DNA of 64,000 bases, taken from Octopus bimaculoides (Eukaryota). The notes under the pieces were generated by a model, which had not been told where the DNA came from, made no database searches, and saw nothing but the letters and a program-made list of their open reading frames with translations. Positions 27,759-41,830 of the stretch are shown here, in pieces. Each line of letters begins with the position of its first letter. Positions within the stretch are counted from its first letter, which is position 1. The translations under genes were made by a program, and so were the position numbers. The DNA is taken from assembly GCF_001194135.2 (NCBI RefSeq), contig NC_068997.1, forward strand, positions 56,828,596 to 56,892,595, in the 5' to 3' direction.

Positions 27759-30101
27759 CGTGCTCATGCAAGTGTGCATAACTACATGGTCTTAAGTACA
27801 GCTACAAATGATTTTATATATTCTAATGTAGAAGAATTAAGTTTTAGTAGTAGTAGTAGTAGTAGTAGTAGTATGGCTACTAGAAACGGTGAGGATAACG
27901 GAATGATGGATGCAGCCACTGTAATATATGCTCTAATCACAAAATAGCTTCATCTTCGCTAATTGCAGTGATGTTGTTGATGATTACGACGATGATGTTG
28001 ACTATCATCATCATCATCATGCTTCCCCTCCTCCTCTCATCAACATCATCATCATCATCATCAAAATTGTGATGGTAATGTTGTTGGTGTCACCAAGAAA
28101 ACAATTATGTCGCTTGATTGTTGAAAATAATGGCCCAATTATAACAATGTTTTTCCTTCAGTGCTGTATAATTTTGACATTAGTTTCTCATCAAAAAAAC
28201 ACTACGACCACATTTTTACTTCAATAATTTAAATTGTTTGTTGTTAACTTGATGTTTATATTTCTGCGGAAAATAACAATAAACTACTTTTAAATGCGAA
28301 ATTATGTGTGTGTGTGTGTGTTTGTGTGTGTTTGTGTATACCTACATATCTATGTGTCTGCGCACACACGCACACACGCACACAAGCATGCACACACATA
28401 TATGAATTTAAAATTTTAAAAATGTGACAAAAAGCACATATTAGGGGAAAATTTAATTTTTACCAATATAGTGAAAGATAGAGGATAATTAATTAGAAGA
28501 GAGCAAAAAGTACATTTGTTATTAATAATTTCACTTTAGATTAATTAAAAGTAAACTTGATACAGCATTAATTATTTTGCTATTTAAACAAATTAGTATA
28601 AAAAAAAGGACAAACATATTAATTTCAGTTTAATTTCTCAAGACTATCTTCAGTTTTCCTCATCACCTGTCTACATTATACCGCTGCCAGCTGTCTCTGC
28701 TATAGCTTCACTGTCCAGTTTCATCTACAAATTAAAATGCTGCTTTCTTCTTAATCACTCAATAGAGGAATACGTTTATAATAAAAAGAAGCAAAAATCA
28801 ACAGCAACAAACCAAATATATTTTTAATTCTCAGCTAGAAAATTCCAGTGAATAATAATAATAGTAAAACTATGCTGCAATAATAGTAATAATTACTAGT
28901 TTCATAGTAAATAAAATAATAATATAATATGGATTACTAAAATAGCTACCTGGAGAGAAGAGTTGGCTGCAGAAATGGTCAAATAAATCGATTCTATATT
29001 CACAGGATACTTCATTTTATCAACCCCCCAAATAATAAAAGACTAATTTGACGTCAGCGGGATTTGAAGAAAATGGTACAACAAATATGGCAACAATATG
29101 TCCAATGCTTGAACGATTCTTTCAATTTAAATCCCTTGAAAATTCATAACATTTTGTGTCAGAAAATGAAAGGGAAGAGATCATTCAATGAAATCCACCC
29201 AATTCGTTATATTAGCGACTTTGGAATACTGGTATTGAAGCAAAAGAGCCTTATTGTTTGTAATAATATTTCTTTCTCATATGGATACAAGAGTCAGTGA
29301 GATTGACCCTAGTATTTGACTAGTATTTGACTAGTGGGTTAAGTATCGAACGATATTAATTCACTTGTGACTCACTCTGTCCACCGTTTCGTTATTGTTA
29401 CCATTTATGAAAGAACGATTTCCAAAGCTATAACAATTTTGTAGGAACAGAAATAAAACCACGCTGGGTGATTGATGTAGAACTTTCTATATTAACTGAA
29501 AGATGAATTATACACACAGACCCGATTGTGGAAATGTCGACAAAAAGTTTCATACTTTTTATCAATGTGATTTGACCTTCTTACGCAGAGGAAAACAAAG
29601 CATGAATCATGACACCCCCTGTGAGAATGGACTAGCCGAACTCGCATAATTAAGCAGCGTGTTTGACTGAGAGCGACGGATGGGAAATCGCAGGAATTCG
29701 AAAGGTGTTGTGCGCGGAGTTACAGGGAACTGTCGAGAAGTTGTTATAGTTCGTTGAGAGATATTTTGGATTAGTAACAGTTGTTGGCAAAGTATTTGGG
29801 CAATACATCAAGTGGAGACAGTTGGTGTCTACCCGGTTCCGTGATTTTGTATATCACACTGTTATTAGTGCACGACACTAAGGTGACGCATAGTGAAACC
29901 ATGTTATAAAAGTATAAAAGCAACTTGGAGTATGAAATCCTTAGAAGCTAAAAATGGAGAACAATGACAAAATATCCGAGACTAAATCTTGTGAACTTTG
30001 CCTGTTCATCTTTGAGTAGAAACAATGTAGGAAACATAATTTCTACGTTCTGCAAAATTTATCCGGTAAAATAGCAGATAAGCGCAAATATAAAAAAACA
30101 G

Positions 30102-30159
<58 letters not shown>

Positions 30160-30714
30160 ACAGAGAGAGAGAGAGAGAGAGAGAGAATATCGTGTCTGGC
30201 ATGCGTAAAGAAGATTATAGTCTAAATTCCTGCATTATTTCGAAAGCAATTGAATAATGAGAAAGTGGAAAGGAAATATATACGAAACCTTTTAATTTGT
30301 ATTTATATTTATGAATGTGTGTGCGTGTCTTCTTACATATGTGAGAGTTTGCGCACGTGTGTGCGGCGGGGTGGTGGAATTCGTTTACATGAATCGGTAC
30401 TATTCTGTATGTACTGAATTCTGTCTTTGAAGCAGTTGTTCTTTAATGAGTCACTGAAATAATGAAAAGCACAGCGTTCCTCGTCAAAATAGATTTACAC
30501 TCATAAATGCTATCACCTAAATTTCTACATATTATTGGGGGATTACTGGCTTTTGTATTATGGACGGCAATATTATGAATACGCTTATGACATATTCACA
30601 CTCACACAAATTTTTGGAACGTTACATGTACAAAAGAATCAGCCTGTGGTCACTGAAGTTTGTAAAAATAGTAGTTAAATCTCCTCTTAATCAGAGCTTT
30701 ACAGTTTATATTAC

Positions 30715-30876
30715 AGGCGCAGGCGTGGCTGTGTGGTAAGTACCAACCACATGGTTCTTGGTTCAGTCCCACTGCGTGGCACCTTGGGCAAGTGTCTTCT
30801 ACTATAGCCTCGGGCCGACCAAAGCCTTGTGAGTGGATTTGGTAGACGGAAACTGAAAGAAGCCCGTCATATATAC

Positions 30877-30926
<50 letters not shown>

Positions 30927-31146
30927 GTGTGTGTGTGTGTGTGTGNNNNNNNNNNNNNNNNNNACAAATCGCTTGACAACCGATGCTAAAGTGCTTACGT
31001 CACCATAACTTCGCGATTCAGCAAAGAGACCGATAGAACAAGTACTAGGCTTGCAAAGAATAAGTTCTGGGGTTGATTTTTTCGACTAAATGCGGTGCTC
31101 CAGCATGGCCACAGTCAAATGACTGAAACAAATAAAAGGATAAAGG
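30715..31146 (+). mobile_element. Near-full-length tRNA-derived SINE (family A) with central (GT)n tract
   Basis: A-box-like tggctgtgtgg and B-box-like ggttcagtccc (30760-30770). Head and tail match the reverse complement of 49238-49681. Confidence 0.85.
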
Positions 31147-31275
31147 ACTGACTTATGGAATAATTTGTTCTCCGGAGTCTCAAGAAATAAACAGACTTTT
31201 CAAAGCTGGCGAATCTTTATGAAACGCCAGTTAAATCAGAACATTAATAATAACATCGGTGTTACATTATATCAT

Positions 31276-31375
31276 TTATTATTCTGCCGAGGTCGACTTT
31301 GCCTTTCATCCTTTCGGGGTCGATAAATCAAGTACCCCACAAAATTCAGACTTTGTGCCTATAGTAGAAACAATT
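31276..31375 (+). mobile_element. Truncated, internally deleted SINE family B copy
   Basis: gccgaggtcgactttgcctttcatcctttcggggtcgataaa...ttgtgcctatagtagaaa aligns with the reverse complement of 43836-44052. Confidence 0.7.
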
Positions 31376-34300
31376 ATATTATTTATGGAATTAGCGCATA
31401 ATTATTTAGTTAAATCGTCAGAACATTAGACAAGACACGATATTTTATAGTATTTATTTATGGCCCACTTTACGTAAATAAGGCGGCATGGTCTTGCTTG
31501 GAATAACTTTGTAATTAAGTCTGATCAATCAAGATTGTTCAATGGTTAAACACCAAAACATTAACAAAAAGAATAACTACTATTGCTGCCTCTAGCACCG
31601 CTCCAATCACCCCCTCCTTCCGTCACCACCAACATCACTATATTTTTAAACGCCTTATTTCAAAATCTCTCAGCAGATTTCAAAAGATCATAGATGTACT
31701 TGAAAATGATATTCCATAGTTTTATACATGCTGAGTATGGAATATTCCAGTAATTGGTTTGACGAACATAAATCCAATTGTTTTCGTCATTACTATTTTT
31801 TTATTTTCTCGAAATATTGCTTGAATCATAGAAGCACGTATGGAAGGATGTGTTTAGGTTAAAACTAGGGGTGGTTCTTGGAGAAAACCTTTAAAATGTG
31901 GCATTATTCCACGAAACATAAAGTTAGGCGACATTCTTTAACAAAATATAATAGGTGAGGTTATTCAGCATGAATTATAGATAACATTATTAAATACATT
32001 AATAGCTAACCTTTCTAAACTGTTGTTCATCAATATGGCATCTTTAACATCTTATTCAAATCAGTTTAATCGAGCTGACGGAAAGTCAATTGTAATTTAC
32101 AAGACAGTGTTGTAAACATCTTCCCGTATTACCATTCCCTTGCGAAAATTAATAGATACAGAAAAAAAGAAACTATGCCAATTGAGACAGAGTAATTGAC
32201 GTTATTTTGTTTGCTAATGATACCATTACTTAATAAAAAATTTCGATATAACTAAACCACGCCGATATATCTAATAACTGTTTGGTGTAATAGAGAGTGA
32301 AGTGTTAAGTGAATTATCGGAAACAAACGGGAAAGCGACAGATGATTACAGATAACACACACAGACGATCTATGGAGGAGAACTTGATTTAACCAATGAA
32401 GTTACAATTCAAAGATCGCTTACAATGGCAATAATATATCTAGATTTAATATTCGAAGTAAAAGCATTGAAACATGTCTTCTGAGATTTTCTTTGATATT
32501 TCCTGCTTACTTGTCATACTTTACCAATTGAATTTCTTATCATTTCACCCCGCCTCTACTCCCTTTCAATATATCTCTTCTTTTCTTTAATGTTCATTTC
32601 TCATGGTTAAAATATGTGCATTCCTTTCACCCGTTAGTACCATTACATGACTAAGTACCAACACAATTACCAAAGGTGTAATTACTCTGGGTATGCGGGT
32701 ACTTTCAAAATACCTCACGAACTGACGACTGACGACCCCACATAGTTACGGGTTGCCATTTGGCGCGGTATAGCACCCGTTCTGCCACCCTGCCAGATAT
32801 ACAGCTAAGTTATGCGAGCGCAGCATGGGAGATTGTGAAGAGGCAGCGTAAGAGCTCAACTGAGCCATTGGTTCTTCTGACATTGATGCTGAGGAGAGGA
32901 ATCACTCATGCTCCGCCAAGAGCACTGCAATCTCTACCATGAGCACTGCACCCTTACGGGCAGCGTTCGTGGTTGTGTAATCAGCAAACGAAAGATTGAC
33001 GACTCAAGCTCCCGATTCAAATTCATGATAATGGAATTGGATGGCGACAGTCATGGGAATCCACGCACACCCAAACTCATACACACACAGACACACACAT
33101 GCACACGCATATGATTAGATTTATGCCTGTAACTAGATTACTACTTACTTTTATCTATCCTCGAATGACGGGAGGACAAATTAGACAAAAGGAAACACAA
33201 TATAAACGAATGAATAAAGAGATGTAACTATAAGATTTTAATACAGGTCTTACGATATGCGAATATTGGTTCTCGATAGCTTCTCGATAATTTTATTGGT
33301 CTCCAGCTTTGTGAGCTGCTGAGGCAGAGATAAATTGCCGTTTCTTAACACAACCACCGTTCCCCTCCCACAAATATTCCTTCTCATACGTACATATATG
33401 TGCGTGTGAGTGTGTGTGTTAATATCATTCTTCTTTCTCTAATGGAAAAGAAAATCACAACTGCTGCGTCGGCATCGGCAGAGAAATGCACCATCCGCGC
33501 ACCTATTCTTGAAACGGCTGAAGTGAACAGCTGCACGCCTTCCTTCCTTCCTTCCTTCCTTCCTTAGGTGAATAAACAATTTGACAGCTTACTTTTCTGA
33601 GGTATGTCAGGTGATGCAGACACCTAATGAGAACACAAAATCTCACGAGAGGCATCTGCATCATTTCACGAATCATAATTTGAAAACCGATTAAAGTTTC
33701 AGATCCCACTGTTACTCTATATAAATATTAAAATTATCTTAAAACTTATGATACGCCTAGCAAGCCCGTGTTACTTATGGATGTCCAAATACCACAGCTG
33801 TGCCTTACCAGGATGAGAATCACTCGATGAAGCACAATAAATTGTAATACTAAATGTTACTAAATACATGATACTTTATTAGAAGCGAAATTCTTAATCC
33901 TTTAATGAAATCTTACAGCAAATTGGGGAAAGTTCTAAATGATAGCTTATACCACTTAAATAGTTTATATTAATCTCCTTTACTAAAATATGTAATCCAT
34001 ATAACAAATATGACTTGTGATATTTAACGATGTTGTTAAATCTAAGAAGAACTTGTTTATTGTTTCCTCGTAATTCTGAATGGTCACTGAATGATTAAAT
34101 AAATACTGGAATCTCCAACCGTACCTTAGTCAGGTGTATTGCTATTTTTGCAGGAAATATGTTCTATAACGCTTTGATATGTTATCGTTTTGGGTACACT
34201 TATGAGTTGACGGCGACATAAAATGTTATTTCTAAAATTATAGTTGTCTTCGCTAGAACTTTCTCTGATAAACATTATAATGTGCCATGGCCACAACGTC

Positions 34301-34379
34301 TAAAATTATGACGTAGGATGAATTAGTTCACAGTATATTAAAGACCAGCTTTCTATAATTTGAAATATAAGAAACTTGT

Positions 34380-34612
34380 TTTAATAATATTAAAAAAAAG
34401 GGTCAAAGGGCTGGTTTCCCAGATTCTGTGGCGTATATTAACCCCACGTCCGTCTATTATAAAAATACACATTGTTGCTTGCTGAATGTACTCCAGCAAT
34501 GTGAAATAAAGTGTTTTGCTGAAGGATACAACGCAGAGTTTGCTCCAGAAATTGAAATCACAATCTTCTGATCATGAGTTCAACATACTTGACTATTATG
34601 TCACGTGCGTCC
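34380..34612 (-). mobile_element. Diverged SINE of a third family (C)
   Basis: The minus strand has a Pol III-like head (...gatcagaagattgtgatttcaatttctgg). The body resembles recalled octopus SINE text and was not verified. Confidence 0.4.
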
Positions 34613-35129
34613 ATTCTTCTGCAATGAAGACACAATATTAGTAAAGCTTTAGAAATTAAACAAAAAGGTTTATGCTACAAGTTTTGTGGCACCATCGGTA
34701 GAGACTGGGATCGATTCGACAAGATTTTCTCAATTTAGATATTTATGCATGAAAAAGTACCTAAGCTTTATCCAGGATGTACTAAACAGCTTCAAGCATT
34801 CATAATTTGTTGATTTTACATGAAATCACTGAAAAAGTATGTTTATTGAATATTCTATAAGATAGGAATTATGTTTTAAACTAACTGCAAACCTACTCAT
34901 ATACACTCAAGCACATTCACACTCAAACCACCTCTTCCACACACAAATATATCTCAAACTTTGCAAAGGGTCGTCTAAAACAGTACAGAGTACATAATAC
35001 GTATGTATGAATATAAATACACACACACACACGCACATACACACATATATATATATGGATACTAGTATGCATAAGATGTATACAGATATATACAAAAGAT
35101 GCTCACCCTATGTAATTATATATTAGTAT

Positions 35130-35165
<36 letters not shown>

Positions 35166-36599
35166 ATATATATATGCATATCAATGTATATGCGAACATA
35201 TACACACAGACACACACACACAGACACACACACACAGACACACACACACACACGCACATGTATATATATCCATACAAATATATAAGTATGCACATATACA
35301 TATACTTAGTTTATATGCATATGGGTATAACTAACATTATTGAGGTTATATTAATACAAGAATCGTATTTCTAATAGAGCAATATTATCTTCAGAAACAA
35401 TATATGTATCGAGATTCCACAGAACCGTCCTCAACAATGCCACAAATAAATGGCAAGGAATACTACACAAGGGTCTTTGTAGAGCAAGCATTCATATTGT
35501 TAGTTTTAATTTGTTATATTCATTCCCTTATCTTTCGTGGTGGGAGACGTTAACCAATATTCCGGTTATCTTTGAAAAAAATGCCTGCAATTTCTTTTAC
35601 TTTATAGATACGGTATGAAATGTGTTGCTAAGGATACTATTCTGTCTGAAGTTAGCTGCAGGAATGGATAACAATTGTAACATGGGATTTTAGAAAAATT
35701 ATTCCAGCTTTCTTGAACAACCAGAAGTCAATGCAGTGAAGAATAATTGCCATAATATTAAGCTTATAAGAAGTTACTGCTTTCAGGTTTTGAAACAGTT
35801 TTTATTCTGTCTCTATATCATCAGATTTATGAATAGTTCTACACATCAGTTTCCTGAGTTACAATATTGCTTGCATTAACAAAACTCTGTAGAGTTACTA
35901 TGGTATAACAAAAGTAATAGGAATTCCTTTATCAGCATTTTTACGGGAACTACCCATTACACCATCACGGTTTCTTGATTCCTTCTTTTAAGTCTTTAAT
36001 AATTGCAATAGTTTCATTACCTTTAGATAACTATTTACTTTCGCTACTGTGAGTCTTCACGATTTCAGCGAAATTTATTTAGATATGTTTTACTTTAGAA
36101 TCCTTCAGATGAACGCTTTATACAAGAACCTCTGCAGGAGTGTAATTCTAAACTTAGACATGTTTCTAATGTCAAAACAATTTTTTGAAGATTAGGTGCC
36201 CTACTGATTTCTGACTAATTAATATGAAGTCAGAATTACAACTATTTTCATGTCTGCATATTTTATTGTCTTAACCAGGGGCGGCAGAGAGCACCTATGA
36301 CAATTTTCAATGGGAACCTGGGGAACAGAGACTGGAAAACACAACATAGAGGTTATTGCAGTAGAAAACAAAAACAGAATATCGATTTCTCACTACTGAA
36401 ACGAGAAACCTAGTTCCAACTAATTTATCTGAGTGGACTCGTCCCAGGATACTCAAGGATCAGGTTCTGATGTTAAAATGTGCCTTGGATTCAGTCCAGC
36501 ACTCAAAGAAAACAGTGTCATTAGCTGTAGCCAAAGTTATTCTGTGACGGCATCGATGATGATGATGATGATAATAATGGTGATGATGATCATGAAGAA

Positions 36600-36872
36600 A
36601 AAGAAGAAGACATGCGTTCCCCGTAATTGATGTACCATGCTCATTTCTCTTACGTATAGTTAAGTAGAAAGGCGAGAATGTAGACGTGTATAATTCTCTT
36701 ATATACGAGATAGCCCGACTGTGGAAGATGAAAAAGGTAACGATAGAGTCGATTATTGTTGGGGCATGGGGGAAAGTATCGGAAAGTATTGAGAGGAACA
36801 CAAAGGAAATGGGAATAGAGTGAACAGTAGAGCTGTTTCAAAAAGTTTGACTCTTTTGTACTGCCGAGTAGG
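36600..36872 (+). mobile_element. C-terminal restriction-like endonuclease (RLE) relic of an R4/Dong/NeSL-type non-LTR retrotransposon
   Basis: One frame from 36623 reads VIDVPCSFLLRIVK*KGENVDVYNSLIYEIARLWKMKKVTIESIIVGAWGKVSESIERNTKEMGIE*TVELFQKV*LFCTA. This matches the RLE consensus IIDV.CP.D....KE.EK...Y..L.YEI.RLW....V...PIVIGALG...LQK..LLGTA. Confidence 0.75.
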
Positions 36873-37384
36873 CAATTATCAGTGTTATCAACTTGATAAC
36901 TGAAGAGAACAAATGGCATGGTGCCGTAGACAGCAAGCTGCATGTCAGCTACTCATGCAAGATTCCAGGTATTCCAACAAAGCTTAGTTGAAAGAATAAC
37001 AATGAATAACAATATCGATATTATTAATATAATGTAGGAGTAACATTCTATAAAAATCCAATGCAATAATATATTATACTAAAACTTATTCTTTATACCA
37101 AAATCTTGAGCAACCGAATTTAACTGATTTATCACCCTTGTCTGATCGTTTTTTGCACTCACATTCTGCGGCACCATTGAGGCCGTTTTTGCAACACAAC
37201 GCTTCGATGTTATTAGGAGATAAATATAACTTTGACGAGTAGAATAAACTATAGTTTGGTAAGTTTTGCAATCCTAGTTCAAAAGGTATGAACGTTTTCC
37301 GATTTTGGAAGAAAATAAAAGAAATCCGGATCATTAGCTGTGTATTTTATCATTTATTGAAGTTATCTTGGTCACAACCTGAAG

Positions 37385-37426
<42 letters not shown>

Positions 37427-37440
37427 CGCANNNNNNNNNN

Positions 37441-37480
<40 letters not shown>

Positions 37481-38481
37481 GCAAACGCAATTCAACCTCT
37501 ACTTATTTTATTGATTACCATATACATGTGATTCATGAAAAAGAAGATTCAATCTCTGAATGATTTGAACCTTCGACAAAGAAACTCATTTCTAAATGCG
37601 GTATTGTTACAGAAACACTTTGCCATCTCCTTCGATGTTCCACCCTACGCATACAATAAAATATTCACGAATAGAGAATTTATTTCTTAGATTATTACGC
37701 TACATACTGTGAATTAATAGCTACTGGGATGATGGTGGTTGGGTGGTTGGGTGGTTGGGACAGCGGGGGGTTGTTGTTAAATTGGCTACATTCTAAGTCT
37801 TGAGGACTGCGTGGCCATTGAAATTAATCAATTAAATACTAATGATACACTCATCAAGAACAGTGCTTTCATGACAAATGTAGAATTCCTACATTAAGCA
37901 ATAAGTTAATCAAAAGGCAACATCAATATATGATTTATTTACCTGCAACATTCAACATTCCCACAAACGCAAATAGAGACACAAACACACAAACATTTTT
38001 CCTAAAAGAGAAATGCTATGCATGCATGCGTGAGCAACTCATTCATGCATGCTCACATGCACAAATAGAATCATGCACCAAATAAAAAGAGGTATTCATG
38101 CGTGAAGACGAACATATGGCGGGATCTATATATTAATTATCTTTATATGATGTACTCTGCAGTTATCTCCCTCTCTCGCTTTCTTCCAATCGACACTTCA
38201 AACACTCATATAAACAGCACACAGAAGAGCAAACACGTATATATGGATATAGTAAAACATACACACACACACATACACAGATATAGGCACGCACACACAA
38301 ATACATACACACAAATATATATACACACAGAAACTACATTAATACTACATCAAATAGTTGTTATATTAATGAAACATCATCTCAGATCAGAAATTCAATC
38401 CGGATTTCAAGAAATTTGCGTTTACATTTCTTGCCAGCGTAAATTGTATATGTATATATATGCGCATATGTGTGTGTGCGT

Positions 38482-38547
<66 letters not shown>

Positions 38548-39086
38548 GTGTACATAAACACACATGTATACGTATATATGACAGATGTGGAAGGAGCCAG
38601 TTAATGAATCACAGTTATTACTCAGAGTTACATATGCCTGAATGTATGAGTCTAATCCATCAGATTCCCGCATAGTTACATGCATGTATATGTACATATG
38701 TGTACATATATGTATGAGTGCAGAAAAGAGGAATGAGTGAGTTAGCGTGCATAAATAATACACCTGTTGAAGACTATGTATGTATATGTGTGTGTGCGTG
38801 CATATATATGTATGTTCACGTTTTCAATTAGTTCTTAAAGACTGCTATGTGTCAAATGTATGCATATAAAAATGGATGAAATTATAACACCACCCCAATG
38901 GCGTTGGGGGTGAGCGAAACAGGCAGAAAGATAGAGGGGGAAAGAAGGTATTTTGTTGATTAAAATGTACATTATTATTATTATTATTATTATTATTTTT
39001 GATACTATTGTTTTTGTTGTTTTTATTGTTACTATGGCTGAACCGGTAATGTTTGTGAGTATATATACATACATATATACATACAT

Positions 39087-39159
<73 letters not shown>

Positions 39160-40060
39160 CATACATACCTATATATATATACATACATATATATATACAT
39201 ACATACATACATACATATATATNNNNNNNNNNNNNNNNNNNNNNNNNNNNNNNNNNNNNNNNNNNNNNNNNNNNNNNNNNNNNNNNNNNNNNNNNNNNNN
39301 NNNNNNNNNNNNNNNNNNNNNNNNNNNNNNNNNNNNNNNNNNNNNNNNNNNNNNNNNNNNNNNNNNNNNNNNNNNNNNNNNNNNNNNNNNNNNNNNNNNN
39401 NNNNNNNNNNCAGTGAAGCATTGTGGGAACAGAAACACTTTGTTGCATAAATACATAGGGAATAATTAATTTTATCGATTATTTTCTTTAAGAGATACCA
39501 ACGACGACGACAACAACAACAACAAAAAGGAAAAAACAAAAAAACAAAATGAAAGAACAGAAATTTAAAAAAAAACAATGGCAAAATGGAAAAGAAAAAA
39601 ATGCGTTACAGAACTACTACTTGTAAAATTATTATTATTGTTAATAGAAAAAATGATAATAATAATAACAAAAACAACACCAAGTAATATTTAAATAGGA
39701 GAAGCAACAGAATAGAGACTGATATAAACAAATGAGAGAAATGTGAAAATAAACATAAAATACCAGTAAAAATTGACGTTATAATAAATTAGTAAAATAA
39801 AAAAAAGATCGACAGCCTTGTAGAAGAAAATATTAGCAATAGAAAATGAAATGAGGAGTTTTAATATGTCTACCAATTTACATTATCGCATTTTTAGTTT
39901 TTTGTTTGTTATAGCTACATGTGCATATGTATTATATTGCTACATGTGTTGTGTGTGTGTATAACGTCATACAACTATCTGTGAGTGTGTATATAATGTT
40001 CCATAGTTACTAGTGAGTGTACATAGCTACTTGAGTGTTTGTATAATGTCATATAGCTAC

Positions 40061-40108
<48 letters not shown>

Positions 40109-41711
40109 TTGTGTGTGTGTGTGTATAATGATTTGGCACTTCTGGTAGGTGAATATGGTATGAGTCTGTATATATTCGTAGTGGGTGTATACTGTGGTTT
40201 TATTACTGGGAGTTTGAATTGTATGGTGATGTCTTGTGTAGTGTGTAGATATTTGCGGTTTATATGATGTGCAAAGTGCCACGAGATGACTGGGTGTGTA
40301 GGAGGTAGATGTAGTGTGTATTCTTGATGATGGGCATTTCTATGTATGTATGTATGTATATATATGTACGTATGTATGTATATATGTACTTATATGTACA
40401 TATAAATGTGCATATCTGTGTATATATATATGCTTATGTATAGATCTAAGGATAATGAGTGTGAATGCAGGATTGAATGTATGAAAGCATGTTTGTTGAC
40501 CAGGTAATTCGACGCGTGTGGTTTGTGGAAGGTTTGCAATGCGATTTTGAAACTGATGAGGTAAATAGCGTGGCACAAGGAAGGTCGTGAAGGCCATGGG
40601 CAACAAGGCGGCTCGGGGAGGAGGCAATCACCATGCATGTAATCATGCATTTTTATTTTACTGCGCAGCCACAATAGAGTAGGACAAAAATCCATACATT
40701 CCAGATGGAGGCCATCCAGTGTGTTTGAGACAACAGAAGATAATAACTCGACGATGTTCCACTGTAATTTCTAGTAAGTTCAATGACTCCATAGAGGCTT
40801 TCCCGTTTGTGCTGGTGTACCGTGGTGACGTTGCGTATGTAATGGTGTATGTGTCTGGTTATATTTGGTGTGTGTTTATCCCTGCGTATGCCATGCATTC
40901 ATATAACGTTTCTGTGTATCCAGTGAGTATATATGGTGTATATATTTATGTGAGCTATGTGTATCTGCATGTTTAATTTTATGTTAATTTTTCAAATGAT
41001 AATCCATTGAATATCAATCGCAACAGCACCACCACTACCATTACCAACGGCGCCACCGCCATCAATGAAATTCCTATTACACGGATGGATTGTTTTATCT
41101 GTGAAATGATTATTCATGCTTAAATGAATTGCTAAAACGACGACGACAACAGCAACAACAACAAAGCAGCGTTAATTCCTAACATAGGATTCAATATTGC
41201 TATATCACAGGTTAGAATTGATAGAAAAAATACAAATAATTCAATAATCGAAATAATTTAAAAGCGATAATATAAATGATATAAAAATAATACGAAAATG
41301 TTACAAATAATAATATAAATGAGACGGTGAATTGGCCGAGTTGTTTGAAAGGACACCTTGTGGTAATAATGCAGGGATCCCAGGAGTCCACTTTACTTGT
41401 TGTTCTATGGAAGTTATCGAATGAAGTAGAAGCCAAGAACCGTGGACTGTTGTAACACTGGATCGCAAGTCTTTGTGATCTGTGTTCAAATTCTAATTCC
41501 TCTCACTAGCTTCTTTATGATGAGACAATATGTCTTCGTGTCCCAACAGACAACGATGAGTTTTTACTATCATACGGAGCGTGTATCAATTGCAGTAATG
41601 TATCAATCACATCTCTATCTACTAATGAAGAAAATGCACCATGTGAGATAAATACTTAACGTAAAAAGCAAAATCTTCCACTATGAAGTACAAGTTTCTC
41701 ATTTTACCTCA

Positions 41712-41830
41712 TTCTAACGTTCCCAGTTCAAATCCCGATGGTGTTCAATTTATCTTTTATCCTCTCGTGATCGATAAAGTTAAGTACCACTCAAGTTCTG
41801 GGTCCATTTAATACAATATGTTCTCCTTCC
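41712..41830 (+). mobile_element. Diverged SINE family B fragment
   Basis: agttcaaatccc B-box and ...gatcgataaagttaagtacc match family B. Confidence 0.45.

Noticed and set aside
32660-32810. HDV-like ribozyme on the minus strand
   Set aside because: P1 and P2 can be drawn, but L3 length, P1.1, P4 and the catalytic C do not fit.
35420-36000. Second RLE-type relic on the minus strand (LTSGC, CR..ET fragments)
   Set aside because: Motifs are short, in different frames and wrongly spaced.
40690-40740. Peptide HWMASIW resembling the EAG/ERG channel S5 segment (HWLACIW)
   Set aside because: No suitable splice sites in that frame, and the flanking residues do not match.
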